Source: Candidatus Flemingiibacterium sp.
GTDB lineage: Bacteria > Bacillota > Clostridia > Oscillospirales > CAG-272
NCBI GenBank assembly: GCA_045579745.1
Contig: JAZNMQ010000002.1
Location: forward strand, 1-58,288
DNA: 58,288 nucleotides
Reading direction: 5' to 3'
Of this stretch, positions 1-8,210 are shown one piece after another; position 1 is the first letter of the stretch; each line of letters starts with the position of its first letter. Both the position numbers and the translations under genes were made by a program. Under the pieces are notes generated by a model. The model ran no database searches. It saw only the letters and a list, made by a program, of their open reading frames with translations, and was not told the DNA's origin.

Positions 1-1
1 C

Positions 2-94
2 GCTGAAGGTTCTGCGAATTTTCCGAAAGGTTACCACGAATTTGTGCGCGCTCTCGATGCAATGCTCGCAGAGCAAGAAACCGGTCATAAATAA
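2..94 (+). CDS. 3' end of a hypothetical protein gene truncated by the window edge
   Basis: Open frame AEGSANFPKGYHEFVRALDAMLAEQETGHK-stop followed by hairpins at 111-175; no start in window. Confidence 0.5.
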   Translation, partial: AEGSANFPKGYHEFVRALDAMLAEQETGHK

Positions 95-110
95 ATGAAA
101 TCCAGAAGCC

Positions 111-175
111 GGGAACTTCGGTTCCCTCCTTCTCAAAGTCCTTCTCTATCTATAATGCGAGGAGGATTTTGAGAA
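111..175 (+). terminator. Two tandem hairpins (GGGAAC-TTCG-GTTCCC; 17-bp imperfect stem 130-175)
   Basis: Inverted repeats read directly; first has a C-UUCG-G tetraloop; poor U-tract so function uncertain. Confidence 0.45.
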
Positions 176-224
176 AGAAAATTCTTCAACCTAAACATAA
201 ATCATGAATAAGGAGGCATATACA

Positions 225-662
225 ATGCGTTATGTTGGAAAATGGGTCTTTCACTCGATTGGTATAGTGGCGGATTCTGATAAAATGATCTATCTCAGTA
301 CCGAGGACTATCTGAAATCTCCAATGCCATATATCGATGAAACAGACGAAGAAGCAGTCGCCGATGAATTACGGGAGAGAAAATCCATGATCGGAATGCA
401 GATCGAGATCTGCGAAGACGGAAAGCTGTATATGCTGATGCCGCTTCCGCAGGGTGCCACCAAAGAGGAAGTCGATGCGGCTGTTGCCTCCGGTGAGATA
501 AGCATGCGCGGAGGTATGATGGCGAATGGTCCAGAATCGTGGGAAGAACGTGACGGTGTGCTGTGGTATACGACCGAACTCAGTGAGGACGGGTGGACAA
601 AAGGTTCAGACGATGACGGCTTTATTTTCTTCATGACTGTCCGATTTGTAAAAGCCGAATGA
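225..662 (+). CDS. Hypothetical acidic cytoplasmic protein
   Basis: ORF 204..662; AGGAGG at 211-216 favours ATG 225; no recognisable family. Confidence 0.8.
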   Translation: MRYVGKWVFHSIGIVADSDKMIYLSTEDYLKSPMPYIDETDEEAVADELRERKSMIGMQIEICEDGKLYMLMPLPQGATKEEVDAAVASGEISMRGGMMANGPESWEERDGVLWYTTELSEDGWTKGSDDDGFIFFMTVRFVKAE

Positions 663-677
663 TCAAGGAGACAGCAC

Positions 678-1103
678 ATGAGTATTTTCGACAGCGGAAG
701 ATTCTGTGCAGCCGTGCCGGAGGGATGGATGGCGTTCTGCGGTACGGACAGCGGCGGAAAGATCACACCGAAGAAGGTGCATATTTATAAAGGGATATCG
801 CTTCAGACGGATATTTTTACCCACTCCGGTATTACGGTCTGCTTCTTTGGCAAGGAGGACTATTACCTTTCACCGAGGCACTTTTATGAAAACATTGTGG
901 ATATGGAGCCTATCCCCCTCGGGCCTTACACCTGGAACGGATATACCTGTACAAGTCTTGGATACCCTTATATAATGCTGGACACGGAAAAGGACGGATA
1001 CATCTTTCAGGTAATGATTCTCATGAAAAACGGAGAACATGAAATTTCACTTGATGATACGGATGTGAGACTCATCATCGGGAGTCTTACGCTGGCAGAA
1101 TAA
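678..1103 (+). CDS. Hypothetical protein, possibly PsbP/Mog1-like fold
   Basis: RBS AAGGAG before ATG; VPEGW near N-terminus and ..IIGSL at C-terminus resemble that fold; family assignment tentative. Confidence 0.75.
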   Translation: MSIFDSGRFCAAVPEGWMAFCGTDSGGKITPKKVHIYKGISLQTDIFTHSGITVCFFGKEDYYLSPRHFYENIVDMEPIPLGPYTWNGYTCTSLGYPYIMLDTEKDGYIFQVMILMKNGEHEISLDDTDVRLIIGSLTLAE

Positions 1104-1143
1104 CGGTCGGATTTATAGAATACACAGACAAGGAGTGAGGCAA

Positions 1144-2229
1144 TTGGCAGTTTTGCAGGAATACAAATGCCCCTGCTGCGGCGGTGCGATCGCCTTTGTC
1201 AGCGGGCTTCAGAAAATGAAATGCCCCTATTGTGATACAGAATTTGAAATGGAAACGCTGGTTTCTTATGATGATGCGCTGAAGACAGATCAGGCGGATC
1301 AAATGAAGTGGGAAACAGAGGCAGGCGGTGATTGGCAGTCAGGCGAATCGGAGGGCTTGCGCGTTTACGTCTGCAAATCCTGCGGCGGCGAGATCGTTAC
1401 AGACGAAACCACAGGTGCTTCTTCCTGTCCGTACTGTGATAATCCGATTGTGATGATGGGGCAGTTTGCCGGTGCATTGAAGCCGGATTATGTGATTCCG
1501 TTCAAGCTTGACAAAAAAGCCGCCATTGCCGCACTGAATAGGCATTATGGCGGAAAAAAGCTGCTTCCGAAAGTATTCAAGGATCAGAATCATATCGAAG
1601 AAGTCAAGGGAATATACGTTCCCGTGTGGCTGTTTGACGCGGATGCTCACGCGCAGATTCGTTACAAAGGGACCAAAACCCGTACATGGAGCGACAGCCG
1701 GTACTATTATACAGAAGTAAGCCACTATCTGATCAGTCGAAGCGGGTCGGTCGGCTTCGAGCGTATTCCCGTGGATGGTTCCTCCAAAATGGATGATACC
1801 TTGATGGAATCCATCGAGCCGTATCGCTTTTCGGATGCCATAGAGTTTCAAACTGCATATCTGGCAGGCTTTCTTGCAGATAAATACGATGTGGATGCAG
1901 AGACAAGCATTGAACGGGCAAACGAGCGCATTAAAAAGAGTACCGAGGATGCTTTTGCAAAAACGGTAAACGGTTATAACAGTGTTGTTCCGGAGAACAC
2001 CTCGGTCCAGCTTGAAAACGGTCATGCAAAATATGCGCTGTATCCGGTTTGGCTTCTGAACACCGCTTGGAAGGGCAAAAAATATACATTCGCCATGAAC
2101 GGGCAGACCGGCAAGCTGGTCGGCGATCTTCCTCTTGATAAAGCGGCGGCAGGACGGCTGCAGTTCGGACTTACCGCACTGATTACCGCTGCAGCGTTTG
2201 CACTGTCGTGGCTGATCTGGCTTATATAA
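1144..2229 (+). CDS. Double zinc-ribbon protein with C-terminal transmembrane helix
   Basis: CPCCGG...CPYC and CKSCGG...CPYC ribbons, YVPVWLF and FAMNGQTGK motifs, hydrophobic C-terminus; RBS AGGAG 1131-1135 favours TTG 1144. Confidence 0.85.
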   Translation: MAVLQEYKCPCCGGAIAFVSGLQKMKCPYCDTEFEMETLVSYDDALKTDQADQMKWETEAGGDWQSGESEGLRVYVCKSCGGEIVTDETTGASSCPYCDNPIVMMGQFAGALKPDYVIPFKLDKKAAIAALNRHYGGKKLLPKVFKDQNHIEEVKGIYVPVWLFDADAHAQIRYKGTKTRTWSDSRYYYTEVSHYLISRSGSVGFERIPVDGSSKMDDTLMESIEPYRFSDAIEFQTAYLAGFLADKYDVDAETSIERANERIKKSTEDAFAKTVNGYNSVVPENTSVQLENGHAKYALYPVWLLNTAWKGKKYTFAMNGQTGKLVGDLPLDKAAAGRLQFGLTALITAAAFALSWLIWLI

Positions 2230-2241
2230 GGAGGCAGCAGA

Positions 2242-3036
2242 ATGAAAAAATATTTATACATCATGCTTGCAATCGTTCTTCTGTTTGCCGTAAGTGTATT
2301 GCCGGTTACGGCTGAGAATTCCTATCCTCGCCTGACCGATGATGCGGATGTGCTTACCGATGTGGAAGAAGCTGAAATTCTCGAAATACTTGACAAGACA
2401 AGTACGAATCATCATGTCGATATCATAATTTGTACCGTTCCGTCCATCGGAGCACATTCTGCGGCGGAATATACCGACAATCTGTTTGAAGAACGGTTTT
2501 ACGGAATGGGCGATGACCGAAGCTGTGTTCTGCTGCTGGTCAGTATGGAGTACAGCGATTGGCATATTACCACCGCCGGTTACGGAATTACAGCCTTTAC
2601 TGACGTGGGCATTGACTATATCGGAGAACAGATCGTTTCGATGATGTCGGATGGGGATTTTGCCGATGCCTTTTTGGAATATGCTTCGATTTGCGATCGA
2701 TTCCTTGATATGGCGCGAAGCGGCAATCCATTTGATGCGGATGATCTTCCGAAAGAACCTTTTCCTGTTGTGCGGAATCTGATTATATGTCTTCTCATTG
2801 GCACAATTGCCGCATGGATTCTGACGGGAAAGAAGAAAGCAGAGCTGATTTCCGTGAAAAAGCAAAACGCGGCAAAGAATTATATCAGAGGTGACAGCCT
2901 TAAAGTGATCGAATCCAAAGACCTCTTCCTTTATAAGACACTTACGAAAAGTGAAAAATCGGGCAGTTCGGAGTCTTCATCGACACATACCACGAAGTCC
3001 GGAACGACTGTCGGGGGCGGAGGCGGTAAATTCTGA
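2242..3036 (+). CDS. TPM (TLP18.3/Psb32/MOLO-1) domain membrane protein
   Basis: Signal peptide, RLTDDADVLT start of TPM fold, TM helix, Ser/Gly-rich tail ending GGGGGKF. Confidence 0.85.
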   Translation: MKKYLYIMLAIVLLFAVSVLPVTAENSYPRLTDDADVLTDVEEAEILEILDKTSTNHHVDIIICTVPSIGAHSAAEYTDNLFEERFYGMGDDRSCVLLLVSMEYSDWHITTAGYGITAFTDVGIDYIGEQIVSMMSDGDFADAFLEYASICDRFLDMARSGNPFDADDLPKEPFPVVRNLIICLLIGTIAAWILTGKKKAELISVKKQNAAKNYIRGDSLKVIESKDLFLYKTLTKSEKSGSSESSSTHTTKSGTTVGGGGGKF

Positions 3037-3060
3037 CAGGTACTATGAAAGGAAGATAAG

Positions 3061-6000
3061 ATGAATCAAAAAATGAAACGGATATGGAGTTTGTTGCTCT
3101 GTTTATTGCTGCTGATCAGCACAAATTTCGGCCATTTACAGCAAGATCACATACATAGTCTCACGGAGCCGAAGGATGCTCAGGACGATCATGAACACGA
3201 ACAGCTATCTAACGATACGCCGGATTTGCTGTATATTTGTGAAAATGTCCTCGAATTTGCCCTTTCGATTTTTGCAGTTCCTGTATCTGCCGCATACGAA
3301 GACGGCGTGGAGTGTGAGCACTGCGGTGGCTGGCGCTACGACGACTGGCTGTGTGAAAACGGCGATCACTGCGGTGAAGGTTCTGGCACTTCCTGTTATG
3401 AGGAGCACCACTGCGGCTACTGCGGTGCCTGCGATGACGATCATGAGATGTGTGACGACTGCGGCAACTGTCTTGAAGATCATTGCGAATGCGAAGATAA
3501 ATGCCGCGGATGCTATGAGATGGGAGAAACGGTCTGTTCGGATTGCGGTGAGAAATGCTCCGGTTGTGACTGGATCTGTGATGACTGCGGAAGATGTACC
3601 GAATGTATCGGTGATACCCTGTATTGCTCCCACTGCGATGTCTGCATTGAATGTGCAGATTGGGTCTGCTACTGCGGTGACGGATGCAATCTGTGCGCAG
3701 TAGGATGTCCGGACTGTCGTGAGGTCTGTTCCGCCTGTGAGCCTGATGCGCTCTGTGATTACTGTTTCCACTGCTTTGACTGCCTTGGCGGCGAGGGTAA
3801 CTACTGTTCAGACTGCCGTCTGTGCATCAACTGTGTGGACGCGGTTTGCTACTGTGGCGGCGGATGCTCCGAATGTACGCTGATCTGTAAGGAATGCAAT
3901 GAAAAATGCGAAAACTGTGCAGACGGCGGTATCTGCGGGGACTGCGGAACCTGCGCGGATTGTGCAGGAGAATTTTGTGTTGGCTGTGAGGTCTGCATCA
4001 ATTGTGTCGATTGGATATGCTACTGCGGAGAAGGATGCTTCCAATGCGAGGTCAGCTGTCCGGACTGCCGTGAGGTATGCTCTGCGTGTGATCTTGATGC
4101 ACTGTGCAGTAGCTGCTATTATTGCTTTGATTGCCGCGGCGGTGAAGGAGATTACTGCCCTGATTGCGGACTTTGTATTGAATGCGTGGATATGGTGTGC
4201 GCTTGCGGTACAGGATGCTCCGAGTGCGTGCTCATCTGTACAGACTGTGAGGATAAATGCGAAAACTGTGCGGACGGCGGCATCTGCGAGGACTGCGGCA
4301 CCTGCTATGACTGTGTGGGCGGTGACGGCAACTTCTGCATCAACTGCAATAAATGCAAAAACTGTGTGGATGCGGTCTGTTCTTCCTGTGGGGAGGGCTG
4401 CTCGGAGTGTACGGAGCTTTGCCCCGAATGCAATGAAAAATGCATGAACTGTGCAGACGATCAAATCTGCAGCGAATGCGGTGTCTGCTTCGACTGTGTT
4501 GGCGGCGATGGAAACTACTGCGCAGAATGCGGTGTGTGCAAGAACTGCGCCGAGATGGTTTGCTACTGCGGAAACGGCTGCTCAGACTGTGCGATCATTT
4601 GCCCCGATTGTCAGGAAAAGTGTGAAAACTGTGCCGATGACGAGCTGTGCGGTGAATGTGGTGTCTGCTTCGATTGTGTCGGAGGAGACGGCAATTACTG
4701 CGCGGAATGCGGAATCTGTAAAAACTGCGTCGATGCTGTCTGCATTTGCGGCGGTGGATGCTCGGACTGCGCAGATATCTGTCCTGAATGCGCTGAAAAA
4801 TGTGAAAACTGTGCCGATGATGAGCTGTGTACTGACTGTGGCATCTGCAAGGACTGCGTAGGCGAAGAAAACTTCTGTGCCGACTGCGGAGTTTGCTACA
4901 ACTGTGTCGATATGGTCTGTGTCTGCGGCGGCGGATGCTCGAACTGCACTGTAATCTGCGAGGAATGCGGGGAGAAGTGCTTAAACTGCTCCGACGGTGA
5001 GCTTTGCACAGAATGCGGCATTTGCGTTGACTGTGCCGGTTCGGACAGTTTCTGTATCATATGCGGACTTTGCTCTGATTGCGGCATCGTCTGTCCCTGC
5101 GGCGAGGGATGCGAAAACTGTGCAGATATCTGTCCGGACTGTGGTGAGAAATGCTCCTCCTGCTGTGACGAATTTTGTGCGTCCTGCGATATTTGCCGTG
5201 AATGTGCAGGCGACTTATACTGCGAGGATTGCGGTCAATGCGGTGACTGTACGGAAATCTGCGAGGAATGCGGCATCGTTTGTGCGGACTGTGCGGAGTC
5301 CGTGTGTGAAGACTGCGGCAAATGCTCGGGATGTATCGATGAATTCTGCCCTGACTGCGGCATTTGCATCGACTGTGCCGACAGTATGTGCCGGGACTGC
5401 TATTATTGCGGCGACTGTGCGGATAACCTTTGCACAGACTGTGGTGAATACTGCTCTGACTGCGCCGGATTCTGTGAGGAATGCGGAAAATGCGAAAACT
5501 GCGTGGAAATCTGCCCCGATTGCGAACTGTGTAAGGAGTGCTGTGCCGAAAGTGCAGAGAATCTCGGCTGCGATCACGGAATCTGTCCGGAAAGCGCAGA
5601 ATGGAAAAACCATTACTGCACGGAAGGTGGGCACTGCGTAGGCAAATCAAGCAAAATTGAGTACGATGAGGATGAGCACTGGACGAACTGCGGCGACGGC
5701 TGCGATAAACGACTGAACTCGGAGTTGCATACCTTCGGTAAAGGTGAGATCACAAAAGAAGCAACGACGAAGGCGGACGGTGTGATGACGTTTGCCTGCA
5801 CGGTCTGCAGTTTTGAAAAAGAAGAAGCCGTTCCCAAGCTGACTGCTGGACATACGCACGAATATACGGATGTCGTAACACAACCGACGTGTGAATCGGG
5901 CGGATATACAACGCATACCTGCGAATGCGGACACACATATATGGATAATCAGACGTCAGCGGTGAAGCACGATTATCGGCCCAGATATACCGATACGGAG

Positions 6001-6774
6001 CACTGGACTGAATGTACCTTCTGTAATGAAGCCACGGATAAGACTGCACACAAGCTCGGTGAATGGAAAACGACCGTGAAGGCAGGCTATACCTTTGCGG
6101 GTGAGAAACAGCGCGCGTGCAAGATTTGCGAATATACAGTATGTGAAACTATTCCCGTTTTGATCGTGCCGGAAAACAAATATGTGGTAATCATTCCGGA
6201 TTACCCGATAACAGATGAAACACCCTCTATTGAAGTGGGCGACACAAATAACGATTCCGAAACTGAGTCACCGACAGTCAGCCCCCAACCCGATTCAGGC
6301 AGTGAGTCACCGGAGTCAAAGAATCCCTCTGCGACCACTACCAAGGAGCTGTTAAGCAAAGGCACCGACAATACTGTCCCCGCACTGCCCACACTTCCTC
6401 CTACCGAAGACGGAAACATATTCGAGGGATGGGTTGATAAGACAACAGGTGAACCGGTGAAAAAAGGCGATAAGCTCACGGGAAACATAGAAATTGAGCC
6501 CGTCTGGAAGGACTGCGGTGAGGACAAGCACGCCGATGCAGACAAGGATAATCACTGCGACGAATGCGGATACATCATCGTGAAAGAAGTGAAGCCGGAG
6601 GAGACAACGGCACCTGCCGAGGATATAGCATCTGACACCGGACATGAGGATGAAAAAACACCGAAGGATACTGACGGTACACCGAGTTGGATGATTATCG
6701 TTATTTCGTGCTTCGGCGGCGTGATTGCAATATGCGGCACCCTATTGGCTGTTTTCCTGAAGAAAAAGAAATGA
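3061..6774 (+). CDS. Giant cysteine-rich repeat surface protein (signal peptide, ~48 four-Cys blocks, His/Cys modules, C-terminal TM anchor + KKKK)
   Basis: 1237-aa ORF with RBS GAAAGGAAG; about 220 Cys by hand count; TM 6688-6759 then KKKK-stop; function unknown. Confidence 0.93.
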   Translation: MNQKMKRIWSLLLCLLLLISTNFGHLQQDHIHSLTEPKDAQDDHEHEQLSNDTPDLLYICENVLEFALSIFAVPVSAAYEDGVECEHCGGWRYDDWLCENGDHCGEGSGTSCYEEHHCGYCGACDDDHEMCDDCGNCLEDHCECEDKCRGCYEMGETVCSDCGEKCSGCDWICDDCGRCTECIGDTLYCSHCDVCIECADWVCYCGDGCNLCAVGCPDCREVCSACEPDALCDYCFHCFDCLGGEGNYCSDCRLCINCVDAVCYCGGGCSECTLICKECNEKCENCADGGICGDCGTCADCAGEFCVGCEVCINCVDWICYCGEGCFQCEVSCPDCREVCSACDLDALCSSCYYCFDCRGGEGDYCPDCGLCIECVDMVCACGTGCSECVLICTDCEDKCENCADGGICEDCGTCYDCVGGDGNFCINCNKCKNCVDAVCSSCGEGCSECTELCPECNEKCMNCADDQICSECGVCFDCVGGDGNYCAECGVCKNCAEMVCYCGNGCSDCAIICPDCQEKCENCADDELCGECGVCFDCVGGDGNYCAECGICKNCVDAVCICGGGCSDCADICPECAEKCENCADDELCTDCGICKDCVGEENFCADCGVCYNCVDMVCVCGGGCSNCTVICEECGEKCLNCSDGELCTECGICVDCAGSDSFCIICGLCSDCGIVCPCGEGCENCADICPDCGEKCSSCCDEFCASCDICRECAGDLYCEDCGQCGDCTEICEECGIVCADCAESVCEDCGKCSGCIDEFCPDCGICIDCADSMCRDCYYCGDCADNLCTDCGEYCSDCAGFCEECGKCENCVEICPDCELCKECCAESAENLGCDHGICPESAEWKNHYCTEGGHCVGKSSKIEYDEDEHWTNCGDGCDKRLNSELHTFGKGEITKEATTKADGVMTFACTVCSFEKEEAVPKLTAGHTHEYTDVVTQPTCESGGYTTHTCECGHTYMDNQTSAVKHDYRPRYTDTEHWTECTFCNEATDKTAHKLGEWKTTVKAGYTFAGEKQRACKICEYTVCETIPVLIVPENKYVVIIPDYPITDETPSIEVGDTNNDSETESPTVSPQPDSGSESPESKNPSATTTKELLSKGTDNTVPALPTLPPTEDGNIFEGWVDKTTGEPVKKGDKLTGNIEIEPVWKDCGEDKHADADKDNHCDECGYIIVKEVKPEETTAPAEDIASDTGHEDEKTPKDTDGTPSWMIIVISCFGGVIAICGTLLAVFLKKKK
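3667..5250 (+). repeat. Nine imperfect intragenic ~180-nt (60-aa, 16-Cys) tandem repeats
   Basis: Units start at 3667, 3847, 4018, 4198, 4378, 4561, 4741, 4918, 5092; consensus CxCGxGCxxC-x3-CxxCxxxCxxC-x5-CxxCxxCxxC-x4-7-CxxCxxCxxC-x4. Confidence 0.9.
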
Positions 6775-6897
6775 TAAAGCATATCAACTCGGTTGAATAA
6801 TTTCATATACCCTATGTCATTATCATGATGAGGCTTCTCACGGTTTGGTGAAATTGATCGCTTCGAATTTTGGCAAATTATCACGCTTTATTGAAAC

Positions 6898-6950
6898 AAA
6901 CCACACGGAATTCTTCAAAATCAGTAAAGAATTCCGTGTGGTTTCATTTT
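6898..6950 (+). terminator. Rho-independent terminator (18-bp perfect stem) after the Cys-rich gene
   Basis: AAACCACACGGAATTCTT-11nt-AAGAATTCCGTGTGGTTT followed by CATTTT. Confidence 0.75.
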
Positions 6951-7102
6951 CCTATTCGGTTTGTGTTATTTCTCCGATAAGGCTATCACGCTTTGTCCGT
7001 ACTCCTTTTCTCACGCTTGCCATGCAAGATACCGTGTGTTTGCGCTATCGGGCGATGACAGCGTACACCTCTTTCAAAGAGGTGTAGCATCTAAATCTGG
7101 AC

Positions 7103-7130
7103 AAAAGCAAAGCCCCGCGCGAAGCGGGGC
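7103..7130 (-). terminator. Rho-independent terminator of the XRE regulator gene
   Basis: GCCCCGC-5nt-GCGGGGC followed on the minus strand by TTTGCTTTT. Confidence 0.7.
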
Positions 7131-7139
7131 GAAGGAAGG

Positions 7140-8210
7140 TTATCTATACTTGTCTAAAACTGCTTTGTAATCAGGGTTCTTCAGAAGCTCTGCTCGTCTA
7201 CCGCCTGCAGCGTTAGCGCAATAATCAAGATTGAATTTAAGAAGATTCTCCCGCGCAGCGTCAGAATAGCGGTCAAACACGTGATTCAAGGCTTCATTCT
7301 TTTTTCTCAATTCTTCAAGCTTTTTGGTTGCATACAGATTTTTATCCATAACTTCTATGATCTGCTCGTCTGTCCCGCCTCGGTAGCATAGATCATTTTC
7401 CATTCGTCCAAGAAACGACTTTGCCATCATAAGGAAGAACGCTTCGCCGGTTTCCTCAAATGCGGATAACATCAAGTCACCATAATGCAATGCACGCTCA
7501 GCCTTTTCTGCCATCGAAATCATAGGATTAAAGAACACGGTTCTGCCGAGCTTATCAGACGCAAAATCAACAAGCTCAAACATATTCTTTTGAACATGGA
7601 AATAGTATTCGCTTGTATCCTTGGCAAACAATTGCTCGGTCTTTTGCCCGCAGGTCGTGAACCAATCGGTGAATTTAGTTTTGTAAATTTCAAGTGCATC
7701 TTCTGTTTTACCTTCTGCGTGGAGAATTTTCGCACGCATATTCCATGCATTGAGTCGCAAATTTTCCTCGGTGCAACCCTCCAATATCTTTTCGCAGATA
7801 GCAAGGAATTCATCCTTGTGTGCAATCAGAACGGCCGGATCGTTGTCAGCCATATCGCCACCGATATTCCACATATAGTAGTGCATTATAAAGTAATCAT
7901 TCGGATAATCATGATATGCTTTAACGATGATCTCACGCCCCTTTTTGTCATTCCAATTCTTTCTGTACAGAGCAATTACCTCGTCGATCTCTGCTTGTAT
8001 CTTTTCTTGATTGTAACCCATAAGCTCATCAAGAGTTACGCCGAAATAATACGCCAAGGGTTGCAGAAGCGTAATATCAGGATATGTTTCGCCTCTTTCC
8101 CACTTACTGACTGCCGCGCAGGTAACATTCATTGCAACCGAAAGCTGTTCCTGAGTAATGTTTTTAGCAGAGCGCAAACGCTTAATGTTTGCACCGATAT
8201 TCATTTCCAT
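7140..8210 (-). CDS. XRE-family helix-turn-helix transcriptional regulator with helical (TPR-like) C-terminal domain
   Basis: IGANIKRLR...ITQEQLS...AVSKWERGETYPDI...LAYYFGVTLDELMG; RBS AAGGAG. Confidence 0.9.
   Translation of the reverse strand: MEMNIGANIKRLRSAKNITQEQLSVAMNVTCAAVSKWERGETYPDITLLQPLAYYFGVTLDELMGYNQEKIQAEIDEVIALYRKNWNDKKGREIIVKAYHDYPNDYFIMHYYMWNIGGDMADNDPAVLIAHKDEFLAICEKILEGCTEENLRLNAWNMRAKILHAEGKTEDALEIYKTKFTDWFTTCGQKTEQLFAKDTSEYYFHVQKNMFELVDFASDKLGRTVFFNPMISMAEKAERALHYGDLMLSAFEETGEAFFLMMAKSFLGRMENDLCYRGGTDEQIIEVMDKNLYATKKLEELRKKNEALNHVFDRYSDAARENLLKFNLDYCANAAGGRRAELLKNPDYKAVLDKYR

Noticed and set aside
111-126. GAAC-TTCG-GTTC as a LexA/SOS box
   Set aside because: Better explained as an RNA hairpin with a C-UUCG-G tetraloop just after a stop codon; flanks do not fit the CGAAC...GTTCG consensus
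3667-5250. CRISPR array or DGR template/variable repeat
   Set aside because: Repeats are in-frame, ~180 nt, diverge at synonymous sites rather than only at adenines, have no spacers, and no cas or reverse transcriptase gene is present
3313-5544. Multiheme cytochrome c interpretation of the CxxC array
   Set aside because: No CxxCH motif found and no cytochrome c maturation genes in the window
3176-5650. Many long overlapping ORFs (Ala/Thr/Val-rich or Arg-rich) on both strands within the Cys-rich gene
   Set aside because: Shadow frames produced by repetitive TGC/TGT-rich codons; no RBS or family motifs
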